Positions 9,623-19,501 are shown, numbered from the stretch's first letter. The stretch: 64,000 nucleotides of DNA from an uncultured Chthonomonadaceae bacterium (GCA_963817895.1 CAWFQB010000014.1:224001-288000), one strand, 5' to 3'. The notes: a model not told the origin generated them from the letters alone. Numbers and translations: made by a program.

Positions 9623-10744
9623 CTACACCTTTTCTATGGTGTTGCGTCCCAAAATGCCCGCAGGCCGGAACAGCAGAACCGCAATTAAAATTACAAATCC
9701 AACCCCATCCTTGAAGGCGTTCAGCGCGGAGCCGCCCGTGAAACTTTCGGCCAGACCCATCAGCATGGCTCCCAGTACCGCGCCCTCGATGCTGCCGATA
9801 CCGCCCAGAACAGCGGCGACAAAGGCTTTCAGGCCAAGCTGTATGCCGATATTGGCGTCGAATTTGATCTGCCCCAAATTGTGGTTCAGAAAGCCGCCCG
9901 CGCCCGCCAGCGCGGAACCGATAACGAACGTCAGCGCGACAATACGATCTGTTGGTATGCCCATCAGCGCGGCGGCTTCTATGTCGTAGGATACGGCGCG
10001 AATGGCGCGTCCCGTGCGCGTTTTGCGGACAATGTAGACCAGCAGGGCCATCAGTATCACGGCGGCCACAAGAACAATCAGCCGTCCCGAATTGATGTTC
10101 ACCTCAATGGAACCGAGGGCAAGTATCTGCGGCTTAAAACCCTGATCCGGGTACTGGCGCGGCGTCGCGCCGAACGAGGCTTGCCCCTGATTTTCCAGCA
10201 GCAGCGACAGGCCAATGGCGGTAATCAGGGCTGTCAGGCGGTTTCTGGAGGGCCGCAGACGCTTGCCGACGCTGTTGAACAATCGTTGCAGCAGGGGCGT
10301 CAGGACGACGAAGCTGATGCCTGCCGTAACCAGAAACGCGCCCACGCCGTTCAACTGGCTGTGCGCCGACACTGCCGGACCGGCAAACAGCGCGATGTAC
10401 AAGGCCCAGAATAGCGCCCAGGGCCACGCATCGTTGCCGCTCAAACCGTTGCGAAGCGGACGATACGCCAGCCGCTCGATAAACGCGCCGAGCAACCCGC
10501 AGCCCAACATGCACAGCATCAGCACAATTATGTCCTGCGTCAGCGGCCCGTTGTGCGGCAGAATCGCCGCAACCGCGAACAGCCCGATGTAGGCTCCCAC
10601 CATGTACACATCGCCATGCGCGAAGTTGATGAACTTCAAAACGCCGTACACCATCGTATACCCGACCGCAATGAGCGCGTAAACGCTCCCGGTCTGGACA
10701 CCATTGATAAACTGCTGCAAAAATATCTCTACGGCCTTAGACAA
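9623..10744 (-). CDS. livH: Branched-chain amino acid ABC permease LivH (with ~65-aa insertion)
   Basis: YALIAVGYTMVYGVLKFINFAHGD, GRAIRAVS and KAFVAAVLGGIGS motifs. Confidence 0.95.
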   Translation of the reverse strand: MSKAVEIFLQQFINGVQTGSVYALIAVGYTMVYGVLKFINFAHGDVYMVGAYIGLFAVAAILPHNGPLTQDIIVLMLCMLGCGLLGAFIERLAYRPLRNGLSGNDAWPWALFWALYIALFAGPAVSAHSQLNGVGAFLVTAGISFVVLTPLLQRLFNSVGKRLRPSRNRLTALITAIGLSLLLENQGQASFGATPRQYPDQGFKPQILALGSIEVNINSGRLIVLVAAVILMALLVYIVRKTRTGRAIRAVSYDIEAAALMGIPTDRIVALTFVIGSALAGAGGFLNHNLGQIKFDANIGIQLGLKAFVAAVLGGIGSIEGAVLGAMLMGLAESFTGGSALNAFKDGVGFVILIAVLLFRPAGILGRNTIEKV

Positions 10745-10762
10745 GAAGAACTCCGTAACTCA

Positions 10763-10833
10763 AGTGAGAGTGGAGAGTGGAGAGTGAGAGAACACATGCC
10801 TTTTCTCTCACTCTCCACTCTCCACTCTCACTA
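10763..10833. repeat. Heptamer-unit palindromic repeat (GAGAGTG family)
   Basis: AGTGAGAGTGGAGAGTGGAGAGTGAGAGAA...TTCTCTCACTCTCCACTCTCCACTCTCACT, near-perfect 30-bp arms. Confidence 0.9.
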
Positions 10834-12126
10834 CTTCGCCGGCATTGGCTGGTCAGGATCGGGAATCGTCGCGGCGTAATCGAAACTGCCGTTTTTCACA
10901 ACGTTGATGACAGCGGGCTTTCTGGCGTTGCGGTTTTCATCAATGGTAATCTTGCCGGTAAGCCCTTCGTAATCTTTGGTTTGGGCGATGGCGTCGCGAA
11001 TGGCCTTTTTGTCCGTAGATTTGGCGCGGGAAATCGCGTCAAACAGGATTTTGGCTGCGTCGTAGCCCAGTGCCGACATGGAGGTGGGTTCCGTGTTGAA
11101 CTTGCCCTTGTAGCCCTTGACGAAGTTCTGCACAACGGGCTTGGGGTCTTTGATCGACATGTGATCGCTGAAATAGCAGCCCTCGACCGCAGTGCCGCCA
11201 ATTTTCAGCAGTTCGGGGGAACTCCAGCCATCACCGCCAAGCAGCGGAACCTTGATGCCCATTTCGCGCGCCTGCTTTGCGATGCTGCCTGCGTCGGAGT
11301 AGTAGCCCGGAACCAGAATGGCGTCGGGGTTGACGGATTTGATGGCCGTCAATTGCCCGCGATAATCCTGATCATTGGTTCCATACGTCTGCTCCATGAT
11401 GATTTTGCCGCCGTACTGGACAAACTTCTTCTTGAACTCGTTGGTGAAACCCGTCGAGTAGCTTTCCGATTTGTTGGTAAAGGTGGCGACGTTTTTCACT
11501 TTCAGGCCGTCTATGATGTAGCGGGCCACAACCCCGGCCTGATAGCTGTCAATGAAGCACACGCGGAAAACCTCATCCCGGTCTTTAGTAACGCTCTCAT
11601 TCGTGGAGGAGGGCGAAATCATCGGGACGCCACGCTCCTGGCACACTTTGCCACCCGCCTGGCTGTTCGAACTCGCCACTTCGCCCAGTACGGCGGTAAC
11701 GTTTTTCTCGTCAATCAGGCGCTTGACGGCGGTATCCGCTTTGGTGGAGTCGCTCTGATCGTCTTCCGTGACCAGTTTCACCTTCATCTTCTTGCCGCCG
11801 ACATCAACCCCGCCGGCCTCGTTGGTTTCCGCAACCGCAAGCTTGATTCCATTATCGGTCTGTATGCCAAAGTCCGACTGCTTACCCGTGAAAGAGCCGT
11901 ATTCGCCAACCACGATCTCATCGCCGGACGCGCTGCTGCCCGTGCCGCCTGAACCGGTGGATGCGGTGGATTTGCCGCTGTCACTGCCGCTGCTTGCCGT
12001 AGTGCCGCTTCCGGCATCGGTTTTGTCTTTACAGCCGGCCAGCATCAGAGTCAGTCCCGTCGCCAGCAGCAGAGTTCCCTGAATTCTGCGATTCCAGAGT
12101 GTAATGTTGCCAATACTTGCGCTCAT
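10831..12126 (-). CDS. livK: Branched-chain amino acid ABC substrate-binding lipoprotein
   Basis: Lipobox LAGC; EDDQSD, VFRVCFIDSYQ, LLGGDGW and ALGYDA motifs; GGAGAGG SD before ATG 12126. Confidence 0.92.
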   Translation of the reverse strand: MSASIGNITLWNRRIQGTLLLATGLTLMLAGCKDKTDAGSGTTASSGSDSGKSTASTGSGGTGSSASGDEIVVGEYGSFTGKQSDFGIQTDNGIKLAVAETNEAGGVDVGGKKMKVKLVTEDDQSDSTKADTAVKRLIDEKNVTAVLGEVASSNSQAGGKVCQERGVPMISPSSTNESVTKDRDEVFRVCFIDSYQAGVVARYIIDGLKVKNVATFTNKSESYSTGFTNEFKKKFVQYGGKIIMEQTYGTNDQDYRGQLTAIKSVNPDAILVPGYYSDAGSIAKQAREMGIKVPLLGGDGWSSPELLKIGGTAVEGCYFSDHMSIKDPKPVVQNFVKGYKGKFNTEPTSMSALGYDAAKILFDAISRAKSTDKKAIRDAIAQTKDYEGLTGKITIDENRNARKPAVINVVKNGSFDYAATIPDPDQPMPAK

Positions 12127-12259
12127 GTGTCCTCTCCCGTCCTTCTTCTCTGACATGTTAAAACATGTTCAAATTTGTTTCTTGTTTGTTTCTTGTTCCA
12201 ATTGTTACCGGAACATTCCAGATCAAGATATTTTAAGCGATGACGTATGCCAATCGCTT

Positions 12260-12709
12260 TCAAAGCAACTGTTCAAAAACCGCCTGAATGATGTCAACCC
12301 GGCTGACCGTACCCACAACCCGCTCCAGATCATCGGTTACGGGCAGGCATTCTACAGCATGGGTCAGCAGCAGTCGCGCCGCCTGCCGCGCATCGCAATG
12401 CTCGGAGATGCTGATAGCGGGGCGCAGCATAAAGTCTTGAACCAGTAAATGCGCGGCATGGTTTGCCGCTAAAGCGCGATTCAGGTCCGCTTCGCTCATC
12501 GCCGCGCCTGCTTCCGCCGCTCCCTGCGCTTCCTCTGTCATTGCCCGTAATACGTCGTCATCCATCAGGATGCCACACAGACGCTTTGTAGCGTCTACGA
12601 CAGGCAGGCACGGAACTTGATACAAATCCATCAAGTCTACGGCCTCGCCAAGCGTAGATTCAGGGCGCGTGGTGGTCACATGGGTTTTCATCAGTTCCAA
12701 AACTTGCAT
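12260..12709 (-). CDS. CBS domain-pair protein
   Basis: Two CBS repeats (LPVVD...LCGIL; LPVTD...VVGTVSRVDII). Confidence 0.88.
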   Translation of the reverse strand: MQVLELMKTHVTTTRPESTLGEAVDLMDLYQVPCLPVVDATKRLCGILMDDDVLRAMTEEAQGAAEAGAAMSEADLNRALAANHAAHLLVQDFMLRPAISISEHCDARQAARLLLTHAVECLPVTDDLERVVGTVSRVDIIQAVFEQLL

Positions 12710-12747
12710 CACGACAACAATTCTAGCACAAATCCATCGGAAATCCA

Positions 12748-14614
12748 TCAGGGCGCGTCTACTCTTTTCAGCCTGTCCACTCTCTTTTCCACTTTCATAC
12801 TCTGTTCGCTCCCTTTTGCCTCCCTGTGACGGCTATACAGATAGCCGTCAGGAACCGGATAGACGCCAATCGTAAAAAATGGGCGCAGCATATCGGGAAA
12901 AGCCATTATACGGCGCTCCGGGCGCACAAGGTCAGGATACGCGCGCAGCCAGTAGCGCTCCTTCCATCTATTCGTCCGGCTATCGAACTGATTTGAAGCC
13001 GTATCTGAAACTGAATTTTGATCCAGAATAAGAATGTAGCGCGGCGCGGGCGCGGCCTGCTCAATCGGGTGTTTGTCGTTGCACAACCCTTCGATCACAT
13101 TAACGCACCGAAAACGGTTGTCCAAACTCAATCCGGGCGAGACAGCTCCAATCAGTACGCTGCCGACAGGAAGATGAGAAGCCAGCCAGCTATCCGCGTT
13201 GCGCTGCCGGTAACTGAGGTGTAGCAGCCAATCGGCGTGCCAGTAACCATTGCCCACAATCCAACTCACTCCGAACAGACAAAGCAACATCCGGTAGTTG
13301 CGGAACTGCAACGGCTTTACACTACTTACCCGCATATCTGATACGCTATTCAGCGTTAAAGCGGCCAGTCCGGCAAGCGGTGGATAGAACAGAACGTAAT
13401 AGCGGCTCGGCGCATAGTTGACGCTCAACGTCAGCGCGGAAATCAGCAGCAGCCATCCCCACAGATACAACTCACATAGAGAATACCCGGTGTCCGCTCC
13501 CTGCCGTCCACGCTTTTGCCATGCTCGTAAGATGGCCGCAAGCAGCAAAACGGGCGAGTGTTTCAACAGGTACGGCAACATGCCCCTTTGCCAGTCCCAC
13601 AGCCCGCGCGCCACGTTTCGCATCCATTCGCGGACATTATGCGGCAGCAGTTGTTCATGCACGTAATACGCATTGACGCGGGCAATTTCCTGATGATGCG
13701 GCACATACCACAACAGCGCATAAGGCAGCAGCGCCAGTATCAACCCGGCAACAAAGACCAGCAGGGGCGCAAAGCGCGTAGTAGTCTTAGCGTCCCCTTC
13801 CCTCTTGTGTTTGCGTTCCCCAACTGCCTGTATCAGCAGCAACAGCAACGGCACAGGCGCGACAATGGCCGCCAATCCCCGCACACTGTAAGCGATGCCG
13901 AGGCTTACACCGCAGAGGAAGAGGGGGAAGAAAAGGAGAAAAGGAGAAGAGGAGAAAAGGAGAAGGGGCAACATTAGTGTTTGTGTTCTCCGGTTCCTCG
14001 TCTAATCGCGCGTGTATTGGTTCATTCGCCAATCTTGCCGACGTATTCTGCCTGGTGTCCCTTAATTTGTAATCTGTTCTCTTCTCCTTTTCTCCTTTTC
14101 TCCTCTTCTCCTTTTCTTCCTCATAGCGACTCCACGCGTAAAAGGCGCAGCACAGGGGCAGGCAGGCGGGCGTGTCCATCAGTGCGAGACGGTTGTACAG
14201 GACGAATACAGGGTCAACACCTAAGAGTATGAGGGTTAGCCATGCGCCGCGAAGGCCGAAAGCGCGACGCATGGCGGCAAAGAAGACAAGGAGGGAAAGC
14301 AGGCCCGTCGTGACGGAAATCATTCGCGCCTGTATCGCTCCCACGCCGCAAAGCGTGAAGACCACGACTTGAATGCAGTGCAGCAGGGGCATGATAAGGT
14401 CGTTGTTGAACTCGTCCGCGCGGGTTTGTCCAAACAGGAGGAGGTTGCGGGCATTATGAATGTAAAAGCCCTCATCTGTCAGCAACGCGCTGCTCCACGA
14501 CAGGCGGGCATAGGCATCCGAGTCGAGATGCGCGACGCGCAGCAGTACCATGAGAAGCCAGAAGAGCAGAATGAGCGTTGTTCGTATGGCTTTGGAGTTG
14601 AGGAAACGTGGCAT
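12748..14614 (-). CDS. GT-C (PMT/ArnT-like) membrane glycosyltransferase, split by a frameshift at an inserted palindromic repeat
   Basis: LTDEGFYIHNARN, ARMIS and YNRLALMDTP in ORF 13787-14614; remaining TM segments and YAPSRYY in ORF 12748-13974. Confidence 0.8.
13925..14120. repeat. Octamer-unit (GGAGAAAA) inverted repeat inside a coding sequence
   Basis: 40-nt arms at 13925-13964 and 14081-14120, complementary except for two positions. Confidence 0.9.
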
Positions 14615-14705
14615 GGCGCTGTACAGGGATGAGTTAGAGTGTTTTCAGAGTAATTTCAGGCAACTTGTCAATGACGCGGTGGTTACAGATGCTGTTATGC
14701 AGTTA

Positions 14706-17171
14706 TCAGGGTCGCGTTTTCGCGTTTATCCACGCTTGTATTTGCAAATACCCTGTTAACGCGGTTAATGTTCCAACAGCAAGCAGGGATAAGTAGAGTC
14801 CCAACGCATAGCAGGCAGGCTTGTATTGCAGGAAAACGATATGCTTGCCGGAGGGGAGTGTCAGGCCCATGATCGAACCGTCTGCGCGGTGAATTGGCGC
14901 AGGCTTTGCATCCACCTGCGCCTGCCAGCCGGGAAACGCCGTCAGGCTGACCATCAGAAACCCCGGACTCGCGCCGCAATCCGCTTCCACTCTCATTGTA
15001 TGCGCGTCGAGAAAACTAACGCGGCATGTCGTATCCGTCGGTTTCAACATTGCGTCTGGCGCGCTTTGCGCCTCCGGCCATTCCATCCGGCTTGCGAGAG
15101 CATCCGGCGCGTCTTGCAGTATCGCGGTCTGTTCCGGGTGAAAATCCGGGTCTGCAAGAGCCGCGCTCAGACGTGTTTGTCCCTCCACATGGCGTATATC
15201 GCGCGCAATCCAGACGCGGGGCAATACGTCCTCATTCTGCGATGTATTCACGGGCAAGCGAACGTTGCGCTGTGCCGGTTCCGGCGTACCGGCGACAGAT
15301 TTTCCATGCTGCGATTGTGCCGGCACATCGGCTGCATGGAAGCGCGGATCACTGATGCGGTCGTTTTGCGGCAATATCAGTGATCTTGCCCCCATAATCG
15401 CCAGCAGCCGTGACAGGTTGGGTTCTCCGCGCCGCAACGCCACTCTGCCAAGCGCGTCCACTCCGGCGGGCGCAGACAGGGGAACGGGTTCGTACCCGGA
15501 GGCCGATTCCTGACCCCACCCGGTATTCAGGTTGGGCATCATCGTATCGAGTACGGTCTGAAAGTGGCGCGCGTCCACCGGGCCATAATCGCTGTAACCG
15601 TCCGTTACATAGTGTTTCCAAAACTGTTCATGTGCAGGCAGATACGTTCGCAGGCTGCTATTCATTTCTTGCTGCATAGCGTCTGCATTGCTTGCGAACG
15701 CGCTTGTTGGCGGAATTGTAGCCGCTCGTGAACGTATCTGAAAAAATTCGTGTGGCACGGTCGGGTTCCAATCCTTGCCAACCCACCACAACGGCAGGGC
15801 AATGCCAATAATGCCCATATAATTTAGCGCATGGCTTCGTTTCGAGAGTCCAACCTGCCAGCCCAAAGTCGTAAGTACGGCAAACGCAAACGTCGTGAAA
15901 ATCAGAAAACGGGCGGGATCATGGAAATTGGACAAGCCGGGTACGGTTTTGAAAGCGATCCAGTATAAGCCGCCCATGTTGCCGAAAGCCAGCCATATTC
16001 CCACAATTGTGGCGCCAATCCAGAACTGAACCTTGCGCCGCTTCCTGAACCGAATACAGGCTATGCCAATCAACAGCAGAGGCAGCCAACCGATAAAGAA
16101 GGCCGGTTCCCACGCATTGCCGCCACCCCAGAAATCTCCGCTTGCCGGGTGTCCCCAGAAGCGCGGAAAGAGGAGCCGCAGCAGATGCGCCGGTTCCAGA
16201 TAAAAACGGTTGGCCTGCGCGGGCGTCAGTTTTTCGCGCGGACTCTCCAGCAGCACCTGAATAGCGGGCAATATTTGCGCCGCAGCCAGCATCAGTCCGA
16301 GCAGTCCCGCGCTTATCAGCCAAAAAGCGGCAGGTAAGGCGTGTCTGATGTTATCCCGAATTTGTTGTAGTTGGGAACGCTTCAGTGTATTATTGGACTG
16401 AACTCTGTCCCTGTGGTTGCGCGTGTCATTCAGCAGGCGTACCGCCGCGTACAGGCTCCCCGCCGCCAGAATGAGGTACGCCATTTGCGGATGCGCGGCC
16501 AGCGCCAGCAGTCCGATGACAAGCGACAGGCACAAGTGCGCCTTGATGCGCCGAATACGCTGTGATTTGCAACCTGAGCAGGCAGATAAACAGTTTTGGT
16601 CGGGATATTTACAGCGAGTTGTACAGGACACAGATTGGGTGTCAAGGCAACAGTCAAGGCAATATAACAGCAGGGGAAAATACGGCGCGGAAAAGATCAT
16701 CGGCGGGAACTGAATACGCCCTATCAGGCACTCGCTGCCCATATACACAAGACTTCCCGCAACCCGCGCCCAACGATTCCCGCTCCAACCGCGCAAATAC
16801 AGGTTCATAAACGCGCCGCATAGAAACACATGCGCGATTGTTGTAACGCTGAGATACAGCCATACCGGCAGAATCAGTAACAGGGGCGTCGTGGGATAGA
16901 ACACGCCCATTTGCGGATTGCCCACAAGCGGCTGTCCGCCAAGTATGGTGGGGTTCCAAAGGGGAATATGCCCGTGCAGCAGGGCGTTTTGCTGTAAGCG
17001 CAGCATGGGCGCGAAATACAGCAAAATGTTGCCCCAGTACAGCGCGCGTCCCATGCAAAGCGGCCAGAGCAGCAGCAGGGTAACCCCCAACAGAAACAAA
17101 TATTCCCACGCAGGCGACTCGCGGCGGGGCAAATGGAACACCGTTGAGACCTTTGCCGCTTGCGTTGACAT
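14706..17171 (-). CDS. YfhO-family membrane protein (GT-C fold)
   Basis: GHIPLWNPTILGGQPLVGNPQMGVFYP N-terminus, FHDPARF, and C-terminal FPGWQAQVD...LPSGKH motif. Confidence 0.88.
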   Translation of the reverse strand: MSTQAAKVSTVFHLPRRESPAWEYLFLLGVTLLLLWPLCMGRALYWGNILLYFAPMLRLQQNALLHGHIPLWNPTILGGQPLVGNPQMGVFYPTTPLLLILPVWLYLSVTTIAHVFLCGAFMNLYLRGWSGNRWARVAGSLVYMGSECLIGRIQFPPMIFSAPYFPLLLYCLDCCLDTQSVSCTTRCKYPDQNCLSACSGCKSQRIRRIKAHLCLSLVIGLLALAAHPQMAYLILAAGSLYAAVRLLNDTRNHRDRVQSNNTLKRSQLQQIRDNIRHALPAAFWLISAGLLGLMLAAAQILPAIQVLLESPREKLTPAQANRFYLEPAHLLRLLFPRFWGHPASGDFWGGGNAWEPAFFIGWLPLLLIGIACIRFRKRRKVQFWIGATIVGIWLAFGNMGGLYWIAFKTVPGLSNFHDPARFLIFTTFAFAVLTTLGWQVGLSKRSHALNYMGIIGIALPLWWVGKDWNPTVPHEFFQIRSRAATIPPTSAFASNADAMQQEMNSSLRTYLPAHEQFWKHYVTDGYSDYGPVDARHFQTVLDTMMPNLNTGWGQESASGYEPVPLSAPAGVDALGRVALRRGEPNLSRLLAIMGARSLILPQNDRISDPRFHAADVPAQSQHGKSVAGTPEPAQRNVRLPVNTSQNEDVLPRVWIARDIRHVEGQTRLSAALADPDFHPEQTAILQDAPDALASRMEWPEAQSAPDAMLKPTDTTCRVSFLDAHTMRVEADCGASPGFLMVSLTAFPGWQAQVDAKPAPIHRADGSIMGLTLPSGKHIVFLQYKPACYALGLYLSLLAVGTLTALTGYLQIQAWINAKTRP

Positions 17172-17172
17172 G

Positions 17173-17994
17173 TCAGGGCTTACGCCCCGACGGAGTCGGA
17201 GGAACGGCATCTGCGGTGTTGGAAACTGTCGTATCCGTAACTGCCGTTACGGAGTTAGAAGCGTTTGTGATTTCGCGGAGTACAAAAACAGGAGTCAGTT
17301 CATCGTTTTGGCCCATCGGATTGTCCAGCATCAGCAGGCGGGCGGTGGAAAGACTGACGTTCAACGCCGACATATTGCGGCTCATGCCAATTACTTCCAC
17401 ATTGATGTTGTTGCCATCAATAATGTAACAGCCGCAGCCGAAGCGCGTCGCCAGCTCATCGCAGGTTTCATTGGGGCGCAGGGGTGGCAGCATCGCGTAC
17501 TCATCAAAAGGTTTCATCGCTTCGGGATTGAAACCATCTATTTCTGAAATACGGTTGCCCGCAATCCGGTAAAAGTCGCCGCGACGTTTCAATACCAGAC
17601 GGCTGAACCCGCCGAGGATAACAGCAGTCACAATGCGCGGATACCCGGCAAGTTCAATAGCAACCTGCATTTTTTTTGGATGCGAGTATCCAATATCATC
17701 CCGATGTTTGGTAACATATTTAACAATCAATCGCGCAAGCCATGTATCGTTCACGTCGCTGATGTGCCGCACATTGTTCTGACAGATCGTAACGAACTTT
17801 TCAGACAGACAAATCATGCTTGTCGGCGTCAATTGCCCTCCCGCGTAAGCGGCAATCACGTCGCCAAGATTTTCGCCGAACAATACTTTATGGGTTCGTA
17901 TGGCAAGCCGCTCGAAACGGCGCTCCTCAACCTGTTTTATATCCCGTCGGGGCGCGTCATTGTGTGGCACATCGTTGAAAGTATGGGTAGTCAT
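17173..17994 (-). CDS. CofE-like (F420-0:gamma-glutamyl ligase family) protein
   Basis: IRTH, LSEKFVTICQ, GDFYRIAG..ISEIDG, IIDGN and DNPMGQNDELTP motifs. Confidence 0.75.
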   Translation of the reverse strand: MTTHTFNDVPHNDAPRRDIKQVEERRFERLAIRTHKVLFGENLGDVIAAYAGGQLTPTSMICLSEKFVTICQNNVRHISDVNDTWLARLIVKYVTKHRDDIGYSHPKKMQVAIELAGYPRIVTAVILGGFSRLVLKRRGDFYRIAGNRISEIDGFNPEAMKPFDEYAMLPPLRPNETCDELATRFGCGCYIIDGNNINVEVIGMSRNMSALNVSLSTARLLMLDNPMGQNDELTPVFVLREITNASNSVTAVTDTTVSNTADAVPPTPSGRKP

Positions 17995-18004
17995 GTTAAA
18001 CAGG

Positions 18005-18033
18005 AGTATACCGAACGCGCTTGCCTGTGTCAA
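18005..18033 (-). promoter_or_regulatory. sigma70-type promoter for the cofE-like/yfhO operon
   Basis: TTGACA-17 bp-TATACT on the minus strand, 10 nt before ATG 17994. Confidence 0.75.
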
Positions 18034-18114
18034 GACCGCGCCGGAAGTAGTCTCGCATAAAGTCACTCACCCGACATAGGGGGTGTAGTTCAAGAAAATA
18101 GGAAGGCAGGCAAA

Positions 18115-18921
18115 GTGGAGACAAGGATTTCAGAGGAAATGGTTGTAATCGGCGGACATGTCGCCATTGTGGGCGGCACAGGTTTTGAGCAATTGCCGCC
18201 TGAGATACACGCCGAAGTTATGGATGTAGAAACCCCGCATGGGCTGGCCCGCGTGTTGAGCATTTCCGATAACTATGTAGAGCCGTACAAACTCTATTTT
18301 CTGTCCCGGCATGGGGTGTCGCACGGCCTCGCGCCACATCAGATCAATTACCGCGCAAACATCGCCGCGTTAAAGCAGCTGGGAGTACGCTATGTGTTTG
18401 CGACCAATGCCGTCGGTTCGCTGCGCATGGATTTGCCGCCCGGCGCGCTGGTTCTGCTGGATGATTTTATAGATTTCACCCGCGCCCGCGCCATCACATT
18501 TTTCGGCGCTGAGGAAGCATGGGCGCACGTAGATTTCTCCACTCCGTACAGCCCGCTGTTACGTAAGGCGGTCATGGCTGCCGCCGCGCAGATGGATGTT
18601 CCCCTGAGCGTTCGCGGCACGTATGTATGCTGTGACGGCCCCCGTTTTGAAAGTCCCGCCGAAGTTCGGCTGTTCGCGCAGTGGGGCGGCGATGTAGTAG
18701 GCATGACCGGCCTGCCGGAAGCGACTTTCGCCCGCGAAGCCGGATTGGAATACGCGGCCCTGTGTATCGTCACAAACTACGGGGCCGGCCTGACCCCCAC
18801 CCCCGTAGATCACGAAGCCGTCACCGCCAGTATGCAGGCGTTATTGCCACAGGTGCGGGAACTCCTCCTCAACGCGGGCAGAACCCTGATCGAAGCGCAT
18901 AACCGGACGACAGAAAAATAG
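18115..18921 (+). CDS. mtnP: Methylthioadenosine/purine nucleoside phosphorylase
   Basis: IVGGTG, FLSRHG, INYRANIAALK, GPRFESPAE and VGMTGLPEA motifs. Confidence 0.92.
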   Translation: METRISEEMVVIGGHVAIVGGTGFEQLPPEIHAEVMDVETPHGLARVLSISDNYVEPYKLYFLSRHGVSHGLAPHQINYRANIAALKQLGVRYVFATNAVGSLRMDLPPGALVLLDDFIDFTRARAITFFGAEEAWAHVDFSTPYSPLLRKAVMAAAAQMDVPLSVRGTYVCCDGPRFESPAEVRLFAQWGGDVVGMTGLPEATFAREAGLEYAALCIVTNYGAGLTPTPVDHEAVTASMQALLPQVRELLLNAGRTLIEAHNRTTEK

Positions 18922-19002
18922 TTTATCATTTGCCCTTTACTCATGTACTCATGGTATGAACAAACGTTAGCTTTTTAGAACCCCGGAAACTTGCCGCTAA
19001 AA

Positions 19003-19106
19003 ACGTCCGATAATGTTGTACGCCTCTAAACAATTAACGATTTTTTTGGTGTCCGGGGCTTAAGCCCCGGACACCAAAAAAATCGGGCCGCGACGCGGCC
19101 CGATTT
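19003..19106. repeat. Double-palindrome element with XerC-type arm, copy 1
   Basis: ACGTCCGATAATGT, then a perfect 48-bp palindrome (19038-19085) overlapping a 13-bp-arm palindrome (19080-19106). Confidence 0.85.
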
Positions 19107-19127
19107 CAACACTCATTCCGCGCTCCA

Positions 19128-19460
19128 CTAACGAGTGACCGTAACATCATCTCCACTCACGCTCACTGTCGCGCCCAACCCCGTTTCAAAAAAGTCTATC
19201 GGCACATACAGATGACTATCCGAGATTATGGGAGCCGCGCTCAACGTATCCACTTGGCCGTCGTTAATCAGGCTGGTATCCCCCGCCGTCACACTCAGCT
19301 TCTTGCCATCTATCTCAACGATAGCCTCCTTGCTCTCGTTGTTCCAGTACACATACCCGCTCAGTGTTTCCACGATCCCGGCAAGCGGCACGAACGTTGC
19401 GCCATCCTGCTCGACCGGCGCTGCCAACTCCTGAGACGATCCATTGATGGTATAGGCCAT
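19128..19460 (-). CDS. Copper amine oxidase N-terminal (stalk) domain protein
   Basis: TFVPL..IVETL.G.VYW and APII..SHLYVPIDFF...LGATV patterns. Confidence 0.8.
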   Translation of the reverse strand: MAYTINGSSQELAAPVEQDGATFVPLAGIVETLSGYVYWNNESKEAIVEIDGKKLSVTAGDTSLINDGQVDTLSAAPIISDSHLYVPIDFFETGLGATVSVSGDDVTVTR

Positions 19461-19501
19461 GTTGTCTACTCCCTGTTGTTAATCACTTGCGCATAGGAAT
19501 A

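Noticed and set aside
3243..10833. GAGAGTG repeats as a CRISPR array
   Set aside because: They are short tandem units in inverted pairs with no repeat-spacer periodicity, and there are no cas genes in the window.
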